Source: an uncultured Bacteriovoracaceae bacterium
GTDB taxonomy: Bacteria > Bdellovibrionota > UBA2428
Assembly: GCA_964609695.1 (NCBI GenBank)
Contig: CAZSSP010000003.1
Coordinates: 112,224 to 176,223, forward strand
Direction of reading: 5' to 3'
Length of the DNA: 64,000 bases
Shown: positions 30,969 through 40,158 of the stretch, in pieces
Numbering within the stretch: position 1 is the first letter of the stretch
Layout: every line of letters begins with the position of its first letter
Program-made: the position numbers and the translations under genes
The notes under the pieces: model-generated
Told to the model about the DNA's origin: nothing
Seen by the model: the letters and a program-made list of their open reading frames with translations, nothing else
The model's database searches: none

Positions 30969-33386
30969 ATGAAGAATGTCCAACATATATTTTGGTCGAA
31001 CGGAAAAAACACTTTAACGCTTGACACCCTGCTCTGGAAGTTTCCGCAAAAGCTCTTAGCTTCACTGAATCTAAAAGAACTCCAAGTCTCTATATATAAT
31101 GCTCTAGTTCTGGATTGGGGCGATGCTCCCGTTGCGGATTTAGAAGAAATTAAAAACTGGATTCGATGCGGATCAAATTTTCAGTTTGTAGATAAATATC
31201 CTACATTTGCTTTAGAGTTTAGATCTAAAAGTTCCTTAGCTCAGGAGCTTCCTACGCTTTTATTAAGTAATTTTCAGCACGGAGCTCATTCAAGCCCTCA
31301 TTCTATTTATCAAAGTAAAATTCTCGAATTTCATTTTACAGGGCCTGAAGGAGAATCCCTATGGGAGAAAATTCTTGAAGCATTAAAAAAGCGCCCCAAT
31401 CTCAATACGCTCTGGGATCCAGTTGTAGAAGAAATGCGCGTAGTGAAAGATTCTAAATATGATTTCTGGACTTTTTCTCGAAATGATTTTTCTCAGTGGA
31501 AGGATATTCAAGCAATAATCGAATCTGAGTATGAAAATCAAGAAACTCATCCCTTAAAAAATCATCATTTGCTTATCGAAAAACAAAATGCACAAGAAGA
31601 AGCTCGACCTAGATATGTTCAAAATCAACTCGCTAAGGATCTTTGGAGTAATTTGTATGGTAAAGAATTTAAAGCACAGGCTGATTTTTTATTTTTTAAA
31701 CCTAAAAAGTGGAAGTTGAGGCAGTTCTCAGAATTTTCACCTAAAAGAGTACTAGCTAAATCCTTAGCGTTGTCTGGAAAACCTTTAGGAAATTTTGTTG
31801 AAATTGAAATCAATTCTGTTTTCCCTCGTGTTGAGAGCCTCAGTTCTTTGCCTGTTTCAAGTCAACGCTTTTATAATCAAAAGAATGGTGAACACTTATT
31901 TTTTGTGGGCCCTTGGGATTCTAATAATAAGGTTGTAGAGCAATCTGTTGAAAAGTGGCTTCAAGCTAAACCCGATCTTCTTATTAGAGGAATTCTTTGG
32001 GATTCATCTGAAAATTGGGTGTATTCGTTGTTAGAAACAGTTTTCAAGCTTCCTGGATGGCGTTTCGAGAAATCTGCATTTATGAATTTCTTAAGTGCCG
32101 TTAGTGAAAAGTCCTATTCATCAAATTATTTAATTTTCTGGGGAGAAATTAAAGAAATCACTCAATTTCAAGATGGAACATTTCCCGCTGGTTTAAAAGC
32201 TGGAATTTTAGGGTCTCGTGATCGCGATGGAGTTTATCAAGTCGATGCTTTTGAAGAGTCTGCTTCGTTTTTTTCAAAATTAAAATCAGATCTTAAAACT
32301 GGAAGTGATCCAAATTCTTTAGCTAGTAAATTAAAAACAGTTATTCGAGAAAATCCTCAAATTAAAGCCGCCTCATATGGCTACGATAGGGCGTCAGCGT
32401 TTCCAGATCAATATAGCTTAAAGGCGCATGTGGTCGCACGTGGGACCAATCAAGAGTGGATTGAGTCTCTGTGGTTAAATAGAACCGGATCTAAAATTTG
32501 GTCTACTACTATGGGATCCTTTTTTAATATCGCTAGTAATTCAAGAAAAGTGGCTACGGGTGAAAATTTAAATGTCGTAGCTGGGCAGCGTCTGCGTGCT
32601 TCTTGGTCCCATAACCCCGCTAAGAGTGCGGCTATTTTAATCGATGATGCCTTGAGGTCACTATTATCTCAGGGGGCTTCTCTAAAACGTATCAGCGTTA
32701 ATTTATGGATTGGATATGGCCGAAGATTATCGGGCCCCACTCAAGCTTCATTAAGTTTATTTTTTGAATCGTTTAAATCAAATTTATTAAAATTAGGGAT
32801 GAGCTTAGATTCTTTAAAAATGTCGCCTATGGCTCATTCGGAAGGCTTAGACGCATTTTTAATGCTGCAATCTCAAGAAGGATTATTGGAGCCTCAAGAT
32901 TCATTTTCTGGGTTTAGAATGGAAGAGGAAAGCATTTATTCTGTGGGGCCTAGACCCTTTCAAATGGAGTCGGGAAGTACGGTGCTTCGTTTTGTGCGAG
33001 TTTATTCTAATTTTGTTTCTTCCATTGAAGTTGAAAAGCAAATACAACTTTATCATCGCTTATCAGAACTTCAGAGAAAGGGAATCATATCTTCATTATC
33101 TAGCGTAACAGAAAGGGGTATAGCTGGATCTTTGTTAAATATGTCACTCTGGGGATCTCGTGGCGCGCAATTGCGACCAGGTTTGTCTTCAATAGAATTG
33201 TTTAGCGCAAGTCCTGGTCGATTACTTGTAGGTGTTCTGCCTCAAGATGCAAAAACTTTTGAATCTGAATTAAAAGGTGAGCAAGTATTAATGGTTGGAA
33301 CTGTTAAAGGGGATCGACTTTGGGGTTTAAAGTTAAGTGAAATGGTGAAGGTCATGACAGATTATGAAAAAGATCATATTGCTTAA
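30969..33386 (+). CDS. Divergent PurL-like (FGAM synthase / PurM-fold) protein
   Basis: C-terminal SVTERGIAGSLLNMSLWGSRGAQLRPG...ELFSASPGRLLVGV resembles the PurM C-terminal-domain consensus (HDVAEGGLG..LAE...LFSESQSR.V..V). WSHNPAKSAA is a weak echo of the E(S/T)HNHPSA motif. Confidence 0.45.
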   Translation: MKNVQHIFWSNGKNTLTLDTLLWKFPQKLLASLNLKELQVSIYNALVLDWGDAPVADLEEIKNWIRCGSNFQFVDKYPTFALEFRSKSSLAQELPTLLLSNFQHGAHSSPHSIYQSKILEFHFTGPEGESLWEKILEALKKRPNLNTLWDPVVEEMRVVKDSKYDFWTFSRNDFSQWKDIQAIIESEYENQETHPLKNHHLLIEKQNAQEEARPRYVQNQLAKDLWSNLYGKEFKAQADFLFFKPKKWKLRQFSEFSPKRVLAKSLALSGKPLGNFVEIEINSVFPRVESLSSLPVSSQRFYNQKNGEHLFFVGPWDSNNKVVEQSVEKWLQAKPDLLIRGILWDSSENWVYSLLETVFKLPGWRFEKSAFMNFLSAVSEKSYSSNYLIFWGEIKEITQFQDGTFPAGLKAGILGSRDRDGVYQVDAFEESASFFSKLKSDLKTGSDPNSLASKLKTVIRENPQIKAASYGYDRASAFPDQYSLKAHVVARGTNQEWIESLWLNRTGSKIWSTTMGSFFNIASNSRKVATGENLNVVAGQRLRASWSHNPAKSAAILIDDALRSLLSQGASLKRISVNLWIGYGRRLSGPTQASLSLFFESFKSNLLKLGMSLDSLKMSPMAHSEGLDAFLMLQSQEGLLEPQDSFSGFRMEEESIYSVGPRPFQMESGSTVLRFVRVYSNFVSSIEVEKQIQLYHRLSELQRKGIISSLSSVTERGIAGSLLNMSLWGSRGAQLRPGLSSIELFSASPGRLLVGVLPQDAKTFESELKGEQVLMVGTVKGDRLWGLKLSEMVKVMTDYEKDHIA

Positions 33387-34017
33387 AGGGCCTGGGTTAT
33401 TAGATTATTCTGAAATCGCATTTCTATTTGAGTCTCCTGACGTTAGTTTCGAAACCATAGAAATTAATGCATTTAGTTCAGAGCACCCTCGTTTTTCAGA
33501 TTTAAAATTTGATGGATTGATTTTTGGTTCTCCATATTTTTTTAGTCCCGAAGAAGCTCTTTGGGTTCGTTTGTTAACGAAAAAAATTGCACCACTTTTA
33601 GACAATTGTTGGGAGTCTAACGCTAAGGTTTTAGCGATGGGACGTGGTGCTTTAGTGTTTTGGGAATGGATGCTGGCTGATCGTTGGAAAAATTGGAAGG
33701 TTTTTGAATCCGCTGGTGTCGATGATTCTCTTTTAGAGTGCGAATTTTTTATTAGGGGTGAATGGAAGGCTTTGCGTTGTGGTCGTTTCAGTACTGACTT
33801 TATTTTACCAGAAACTAATGATTTCACGGATTGGGAGTCATTTTTAAGAAATTCAGGAAACACATTAGGTTGGGTGACTCGTAATTGCTATATCACTTTA
33901 GTGGATTTGCTTGCTTTTATGAATTCGGCTCAATTAGAATCTTATGGTTATTCGACTGATATTGAGCCCGGGGACTTTGCTGGGACCATAATTGAGGATA
34001 TTTTTGAATTAAAATGA
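33364..34017 (+). CDS. PurQ-like class I glutamine amidotransferase homologue, probably catalytically inactive
   Basis: KKIILLKGPG...FDGLIFGSPYFFSPEEAL...KVLAMGRGALVFWEWM parallels the PurQ/PurL glutaminase layout, but the nucleophile Cys position (GxCNG) reads AMGRG. Overlaps the upstream gene by 23 nt. Confidence 0.4.
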   Translation: MKKIILLKGPGLLDYSEIAFLFESPDVSFETIEINAFSSEHPRFSDLKFDGLIFGSPYFFSPEEALWVRLLTKKIAPLLDNCWESNAKVLAMGRGALVFWEWMLADRWKNWKVFESAGVDDSLLECEFFIRGEWKALRCGRFSTDFILPETNDFTDWESFLRNSGNTLGWVTRNCYITLVDLLAFMNSAQLESYGYSTDIEPGDFAGTIIEDIFELK

Positions 34018-35402
34018 GAAGCAGAGAAGAAGTTTTTGAAGATTGGAAAAAAAAATCCCTTCAGGATTTTTGGTTAATTTCTCAAGAGTTCTTTTCTTCT
34101 GATTCCGATTTTGTAGAGTTATTAGATAGAGTTTCCTACCAAGTAAAAAAGGGTAAATTAAGAAGCAGTGTAGAGTGTGACCGCTATTTGTTTTCACTTT
34201 TCCTTAAAACATTAGGTCAAAAAAGAAGAGCTGTTACTGAAAAAATTTATTTATTAGCATTGTTTAAGCTCAATTGGCCTCTTGAAAAGTTGTCTTCATT
34301 AACACATGAATATACTTCGAAAATAAAGTTTGTAGTCACTCAATCTTTAAAAGATAGGGTTTCTGTAGAGTTGAGCTCTAAAAAACTAACTCAGGATTGC
34401 TGCCGGGCCGATCTTTTTTTGGTGGATTATTTATTTGAGCGATCTTGGAAGCTTCCTTTTAAGGAAAATTTTAATCTTTTAACACTGAAAAATCATTTAA
34501 AATCTTGTGAACGTTGTCAGGCTGTGGTGGGTGCTGCCGAGGGAATTAAATCGCAAGTTGTTTATCAAGATATTAAAACATTTGAATATCAGTATCCCTT
34601 TACAAAAAAGATAAGCAAAAACAAAGTTCTCAAAAGTTTTGAGTTTTATCAGAACTTTTCATTGCATTGGAAGGGCTTAATTCAGATTCTACTTTCTATA
34701 GTATTAGTTTTTTCTATTGCGACAATTCCATTTGTTGGTAAATTTCTCATAAAACAACAACAAGGGGCTCAGTCTGAGGGCGAAGCAAAGAAAGCTGCAG
34801 TTGAAAAGCTTGATGCGACTTGGGTTGATTTAGCTCTCGAGCGTGATTTAATCTCTCCTCCTTGGCTTGTGAGTGAGCAACATGATAGCCCTCAGATTTC
34901 ACCTCTAAGTAAATTTTTAAATAATTATAAAGCAGAAGAAATAGCGCTTTCTCAGAAAAAAGAGACTGTTGATGTAGAGGCCCCAAAAGTGCAGGCTCCT
35001 CAGGTGGCTAAGAATGATGGCCCTAAAAACGCAGTAGTAGAAGTTGTAAAAGCGGATATTAAAACACGCTCTGAAATTGAAGAAGAGAATGCAGCAGAAT
35101 CTGATAATCAGTGGGTATTTTATAGGTGGGGTGCTTACGCTGAGGATCTAGACGTGATAGTTCCGAAAATTTTGAGCGTTCTTGAAATAAATCAAGCGGA
35201 AAAAGCCGGAGAACTAGATTTGGGTGCTGAGTATCGTGGTGGCCGCTATTTTCACTTTTCCATTAAAAAAGAGTTAATGAGAAAAGTTGTTGATGAATTA
35301 AAGACTTTAAAGCTTGAAGGATTTACAAAAGTTGAAGCAAAGTCAGACCGTAAAAATAAAGAAGGTCATTCAAGAATAGTCTTTCTACTCAAGCAAAAAT
35401 AA
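34014..35402 (+). CDS. Single-pass membrane protein with ZAS-type (zf-HC2) anti-sigma zinc-finger motif
   Basis: DCCRADLFLVDYLFE...(31 aa)...NHLKSCERCQ gives C...H-x3-C-x2-C. Central TM (LIQILLSIVLVFSIATIPFVGKFLI). ATGA overlap with the upstream gene. Confidence 0.4.
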   Translation: MRSREEVFEDWKKKSLQDFWLISQEFFSSDSDFVELLDRVSYQVKKGKLRSSVECDRYLFSLFLKTLGQKRRAVTEKIYLLALFKLNWPLEKLSSLTHEYTSKIKFVVTQSLKDRVSVELSSKKLTQDCCRADLFLVDYLFERSWKLPFKENFNLLTLKNHLKSCERCQAVVGAAEGIKSQVVYQDIKTFEYQYPFTKKISKNKVLKSFEFYQNFSLHWKGLIQILLSIVLVFSIATIPFVGKFLIKQQQGAQSEGEAKKAAVEKLDATWVDLALERDLISPPWLVSEQHDSPQISPLSKFLNNYKAEEIALSQKKETVDVEAPKVQAPQVAKNDGPKNAVVEVVKADIKTRSEIEEENAAESDNQWVFYRWGAYAEDLDVIVPKILSVLEINQAEKAGELDLGAEYRGGRYFHFSIKKELMRKVVDELKTLKLEGFTKVEAKSDRKNKEGHSRIVFLLKQK

Positions 35403-35430
35403 ATGAAAAGCTTGCTCATGATTTTGAGTT

Positions 35431-35689
35431 TTAAATAAGGTGATTAGTATTTATATATTTTTCCCTAAGAGTTGTTGGGGGTGCGGCCGTAAGCGTGCGT
35501 TAACAATTCTATATTAGCTTTACCGAAAGACACGGCAGGGCACCCCCTTCCTCAGGTCTTCGCCTAATGGCTCGACCTTCGGGAACCCCGAGTGTCTTTC
35601 GGTAAAGCTAATATAGAATTGTTAACGCATGCCGATGGCGCGGAGGAACTCTTAGGGAAAAATATATAAATACTAATCACCTTATTTAA
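35431..35689. repeat. About 260-bp nested perfect inverted-repeat element (41-bp outer arms plus 37-bp inner arms) between convergent genes
   Basis: 35431-35471 is the exact reverse complement of 35649-35689. 35497-35533 is the exact reverse complement of 35592-35628. An asymmetric internal loop separates them, with a 58-nt GC-rich centre carrying small hairpins. Confidence 0.8.
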
Positions 35690-35726
35690 AGAGTAAACCC
35701 ACTAATAAGCTTTTCGTTTTTTTTGC

Positions 35727-37538
35727 TTAAGTGCTTTTGATTATATTCAATCTTAAATCGGCAAGCTGATCGCTGCTAACCGGTGACGGGCATTCACTCA
35801 TTAAACAAAGTGAAGAAGCCGTTTTCGGAAAAGCGATAACATCACGAATGCTAGAGGTTCCAGCTAGAACCATAATAAGTCGATCAAAACCAAAAGCGAT
35901 ACCGCCGTGAGGAGGCGTTCCATATTTTAAAGCTTCTACAAAAAATCCAAATTTTTGAACAATTTCTTCTTCGCTAAGTCTCAAAGCTCTAAACATGGCT
36001 TTTTGAACTTCAGAATCATAAATTCTTAGACTACCGCCAGCAACTTCATAACCATTAAGGGCTAAATCGTAGGCCTGTGCTCTAACATTCTTAAGCTCTT
36101 CAATGTCTCCTTTAAGAAGTTTAGGAAGATCTTCATCGTTGGGGCGTGTGAAGGGGTGGTGAGCCGCACCTAATTGTTGAGTTTGAGGGTCGTATTCAAA
36201 TAAAGGAAATTCTGTAATCCAAGTGAAGACCCATTTATCGCTGATTCCTTCCTTAACTAAACCAATCTCTTTAGCTAGATGCTGACGAAGGGCTCCCATC
36301 GCTTGATAAATTCTTGGGGCTTCGGCGGCACCTAAGAGAAGATAATCACCTTCGGAAAGACCCCATTTTTTAGTTAATTCACCCTGTAAGTTAGCATCAA
36401 AAAATTTGGCTATAGGAGAATTCCACTGTCCATCTTTAATTCGAATCCAGGCGACCCCTTTGAGTCCAAATGGGCTGACCACTGGATTGAAGTTCTCAAG
36501 GTCTTTGCGAGACCATTCCGGTAGCGCAATCTTTTCTTCTTTGAGTTCATTTTGAGTGACTTTAATCCCAATAACTTTACCGCCAGCCGCGACAACGCTT
36601 GAGAAAACTTTAAAATCACATTTTGCGAAGTTATCGCTTAGATCTTCGAGTTTTAATTTGTATCGTAAGTCGGGCTTGTCAGAACCATAGACCGACATGG
36701 CTTCTTGGTAATCCATCCTCTTAAATGGAATTTGAAGATTGACGTTGAGCACTTCTTTCCAGAGTTTTTGGACAAATCTTTCCATAATTGAAAGGAATTC
36801 GTCTTGAGATAGAAAACTAGCTTCCAAATCTATTTGAGTAAATTCAGGTTGGCGGTCGGCTCTTAAGTCTTCATCGCGAAAACAACGAGCAATTTGAAAA
36901 TAACGTTCGAATCCGGCAATCATAAGAAGTTGTTTAAGAGTTTGGGGCGACTGTGGAAGTGCAAAAAAGCTTCCATGATAAACTCTGGAGGGAACTAAGT
37001 AATCTCGAGCACCCTCTGGAGTGCTTTTATAAAGGATAGGGGTTTCAACTTCTAAAAATCCTTCCTCACTAAAGAATTGGCGGGTGAGCTGAAGAGCCTT
37101 ATGGCGTGTTTGTAATATTTTTTGTAATTGAGGACGTCTTAAATCCAAATATCGATACTTTAAACGAGTGTTTTCATGCGCGCTGTCGCTAGATTCATCA
37201 ATAGAGAAGGGAGGGACCTCAGCTTTTGCGAGTACATTAAGTGCAGTGACTTCAACTTCAACTTCGCCACTAGCAATTTTTGAATTAATCATATTGTCTG
37301 GACGAGCTTTTACAATTCCAGAAATTTGAATAACAAATTCACTTCGTAATTTTTCAGATTCTGCTAAGTTTTGGGGTAAGACCAACTGGCAAAGACCAGA
37401 ACGGTCACGAAGATCAATAAAACTGACTCCTCCGTGATCTCTTAGGCGATTAACCCAGCCGCAAAGACGGACTTCTTTACCGACAAGTGTTTTGTCGAGG
37501 GATGAACATGAGTGTGTACGATATGGATAACGGGACAT
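35727..37538 (-). CDS. aspS: Aspartate--tRNA ligase
   Basis: 603 aa. Class II aaRS motifs (FRDEDLRADRQPEFTQID, GGSLRIYD, GFDRL). N-terminal OB anticodon-binding domain. Confidence 0.95.
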   Translation of the reverse strand: MSRYPYRTHSCSSLDKTLVGKEVRLCGWVNRLRDHGGVSFIDLRDRSGLCQLVLPQNLAESEKLRSEFVIQISGIVKARPDNMINSKIASGEVEVEVTALNVLAKAEVPPFSIDESSDSAHENTRLKYRYLDLRRPQLQKILQTRHKALQLTRQFFSEEGFLEVETPILYKSTPEGARDYLVPSRVYHGSFFALPQSPQTLKQLLMIAGFERYFQIARCFRDEDLRADRQPEFTQIDLEASFLSQDEFLSIMERFVQKLWKEVLNVNLQIPFKRMDYQEAMSVYGSDKPDLRYKLKLEDLSDNFAKCDFKVFSSVVAAGGKVIGIKVTQNELKEEKIALPEWSRKDLENFNPVVSPFGLKGVAWIRIKDGQWNSPIAKFFDANLQGELTKKWGLSEGDYLLLGAAEAPRIYQAMGALRQHLAKEIGLVKEGISDKWVFTWITEFPLFEYDPQTQQLGAAHHPFTRPNDEDLPKLLKGDIEELKNVRAQAYDLALNGYEVAGGSLRIYDSEVQKAMFRALRLSEEEIVQKFGFFVEALKYGTPPHGGIAFGFDRLIMVLAGTSSIRDVIAFPKTASSLCLMSECPSPVSSDQLADLRLNIIKST

Positions 37539-37590
37539 GTTGCGGGATTCTACTTGCTCTTTGGCCGCCTTGTCACTATTTTGATAAAGG

Positions 37591-38883
37591 ATGCAGTCTC
37601 TTTCTAGCCAACCCTATAAAGGGTCACGGGATTTTTATCCCGCTGATTTTAAACGACGACAATGGATTTATGAAACTTGTGCACGAGTCCTAAGGGGCTT
37701 TGGATATCAGGAATACGATGGTCCACTTTTAGAGTCTTTTGACTTATATGCAGCAAAGTCGGGGCAAGAGCTCGTCGATCAGCAACTTTATTCCTTTTTG
37801 GATCGTGGCGAAAGAAAAGTTGCGATCCGGCCTGAGATGACTCCCACTTTAGCTCGTATGGTGGCTGCTAAATTGGAAGAAATTCCTAAACCTGTAAGAT
37901 GGTTTAGTTTTCCTAATGTTTGGAGATACGAGCGACCTCAAAGGGGCAGGCTAAGAGAGCATTGGCAGCTCAATGTAGATGTTCTTGGGGGTGATGCCAC
38001 CTGGGCTGAGACTGAAATTCTTGAAATCGCTGGTTCCTTATTTAAAAGTTTTGGAGCTCAGAAATATGTTCGTTTTAGGATCAATCATCGCGCCCTGATG
38101 GACGCTTTTTATACTCAACAACTTTCACTAAGTTCTGAAATTATTCCTGCCCTTTCTAGAATTTTAGATGGAAGAGAAAAGATGAGTTCTGAAGTTTTTA
38201 TTCAAAACTTAGAGAAAATCCAGTTAACTGCCACTCAAATTGATAAAGTTCAGTCATTTATAAGCTCGGATTTGTCGCAAGCCACTCAATTGTGTCCTTG
38301 TCCGGCTGCGGAACATCTCAATATTCTTTTTGAAAGGTTGTCTAATACCTCAACTCCTGATGTTTATCATTTTGATCCGTCTATCGTTCGGGGGCTGGAT
38401 TATTATACTGGAGTGGTTTTTGAGGCCTTTGATGTTTCTCCGGAAAACAATCGCGCCCTTTTTGGAGGGGGCCGATACGACAACTTGATGGGGCTTTTTC
38501 ATAAAAATAAAAGCCTTTCTGGTGTGGGTTTAGGCATGGGCGATGTGGTTTTAAGTGATTTTCTGGATTTGCATAAGTTGTGGCCTGATTTGAATCAGAA
38601 AAATCAAATTTTTATTTCATGCCCCGATGATCAATTCTACAATGATGTTTCTAAACTTGCCGTATCTCTGAGAGACTCCGATTTGTCCGTTATGACTTCA
38701 TTGGGGTCTGGATCTTTTAAAAGTCAATTGAAGCAAGCCGATCGATTGGGCGTTCGCTGGATTATACTTTGGGGCGAAAATGAGAAAAAATCTAATCAAG
38801 TTTTAGTCAAAGAGCTTTCCACCGGATCTCAAGATGCTGTTGATATCGGCCAATTGCTCCAGTGGTTTAAATCTCGTTGTTAA
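37591..38883 (+). CDS. hisS: Histidine--tRNA ligase
   Basis: 430 aa. PYKGSRDFYP N-terminus, motif 2 region WRYERPQRGRLREHWQ, GGGRYDNL motif 3. Confidence 0.9.
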   Translation: MQSLSSQPYKGSRDFYPADFKRRQWIYETCARVLRGFGYQEYDGPLLESFDLYAAKSGQELVDQQLYSFLDRGERKVAIRPEMTPTLARMVAAKLEEIPKPVRWFSFPNVWRYERPQRGRLREHWQLNVDVLGGDATWAETEILEIAGSLFKSFGAQKYVRFRINHRALMDAFYTQQLSLSSEIIPALSRILDGREKMSSEVFIQNLEKIQLTATQIDKVQSFISSDLSQATQLCPCPAAEHLNILFERLSNTSTPDVYHFDPSIVRGLDYYTGVVFEAFDVSPENNRALFGGGRYDNLMGLFHKNKSLSGVGLGMGDVVLSDFLDLHKLWPDLNQKNQIFISCPDDQFYNDVSKLAVSLRDSDLSVMTSLGSGSFKSQLKQADRLGVRWIILWGENEKKSNQVLVKELSTGSQDAVDIGQLLQWFKSRC

Positions 38884-38905
38884 GAGATATCTTTCTACCG
38901 ATTCA

Positions 38906-39829
38906 TTATTGAAGGCGAAGTATACCAAAAGACACTTGAGATTGGTCGATAAAGTATTGTCCGTGAAGATGTCTCATGTAAGATTCAATGAAAGTTTGTT
39001 TAATAATGGAATCGCTATTTTTAATAAGTTGAGTCTTTACGAAATCAATATAAATAATGGCATTATCTGTATTCACCATATTGGCTAAATATGAAGATGG
39101 AACAGTGATGCTTCCAGTGTTTGGTCCAATGCAAATGATAGGATCCGTTTGATAGTCAGCTAGAAGAAGTCTGACGAAGCCAGCGGAAGTGGCTCCGGAG
39201 TACTTTAATGTAAAACCGGAATTTTTTTGAATCGTAATCATTTGGTTTGGGTCATAGCTTGGGCTTGGTATATTTTGATAGATTTCGCTGCCACTTTTAA
39301 GTTGAAGATTAGATCCAGGACTTGGAATCGTGAAGTTTTGTCGGGTGTGGAGAACTCCGTTGATACCTTGGGTTTCAAAAGAATGAGTGCCGGGGCCAAG
39401 ATAAAGATTATCAGAAACATAATAATCACCATTGGAGCCTTGTTGAGGATTAAAATTTAAAGCCGTTTCCCCTTGAGGCGTGATTAAAACTGAGCCGAAA
39501 TTTAAAAATCGGGTCAAGGTGATTGGAGTGGTGGCATTGCTATAACTCGTGCATCCCATGCTAGGATTGGCAACGCTTGTGTAATCAGAATCATTGGTGG
39601 CCACAAAAGATTTTCCAACAAAGCCCGAAAGTGCGTCTCTGAGTTCCATATCAAAGACGGGATGTTGAATAAATTTGAAGTTAACAATGACATTTGCGGT
39701 GATAGCGTCGCTTTCAATTTTTTTATCTTCTTCACTTTTGCTTGTTGTGATTGGATTTTTTACACGACATGCGATCAGAGTGACGAACAAACATGTGAAT
39801 GAGAAGATTTTATGAAATTTTCCGCGCAT
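38906..39829 (-). CDS. Hypothetical lipoprotein
   Basis: Probable start at MRGKFHKIFSFTCLFVTLIAC (lipobox). No other motif. Confidence 0.4.
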   Translation of the reverse strand: MRGKFHKIFSFTCLFVTLIACRVKNPITTSKSEEDKKIESDAITANVIVNFKFIQHPVFDMELRDALSGFVGKSFVATNDSDYTSVANPSMGCTSYSNATTPITLTRFLNFGSVLITPQGETALNFNPQQGSNGDYYVSDNLYLGPGTHSFETQGINGVLHTRQNFTIPSPGSNLQLKSGSEIYQNIPSPSYDPNQMITIQKNSGFTLKYSGATSAGFVRLLLADYQTDPIICIGPNTGSITVPSSYLANMVNTDNAIIYIDFVKTQLIKNSDSIIKQTFIESYMRHLHGQYFIDQSQVSFGILRLQ

Positions 39830-40022
39830 ATTTCTATTATAGATTGTCGTCAAAAGTGATTTCTCAAAGATTTTTGACATCCCATTTCAAAAAAATGACA
39901 AAAATCTACCAAGTATTGAGAAAAATTAAATTTGCTATTGCGCACAAGGCGAATGACACGTAAGGTTAGTAGAAGAAGAGAAAAAAATTTCTCTTCAAAA
40001 TTTCCATAGGAGGGCCAAAAAG

Positions 40023-40103
40023 ATGGCAACTAAGAAGAAAGCAAAAAAGAAAGCAACTAAGAAAAAAGCGACTAAGAAGAAAGCTAAAAGTCGCAAAAAA
40101 TAG
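40023..40103 (+). CDS. 26-aa lysine-rich small protein (MATKKKAKKKATKKKATKKKAKSRKK)
   Basis: AGGAGG SD at 40008-40013, 9 nt upstream of the ATG. KKKAT repeats. A strong rho-independent terminator follows. Not in the ORF track because it is under 60 aa. Confidence 0.4.
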   Translation: MATKKKAKKKATKKKATKKKAKSRKK

Positions 40104-40158
40104 GACCGTAAGGTCTTAGGTTGCATTCCGGACTCCGATCGATCGGTCCGGAACTTTA

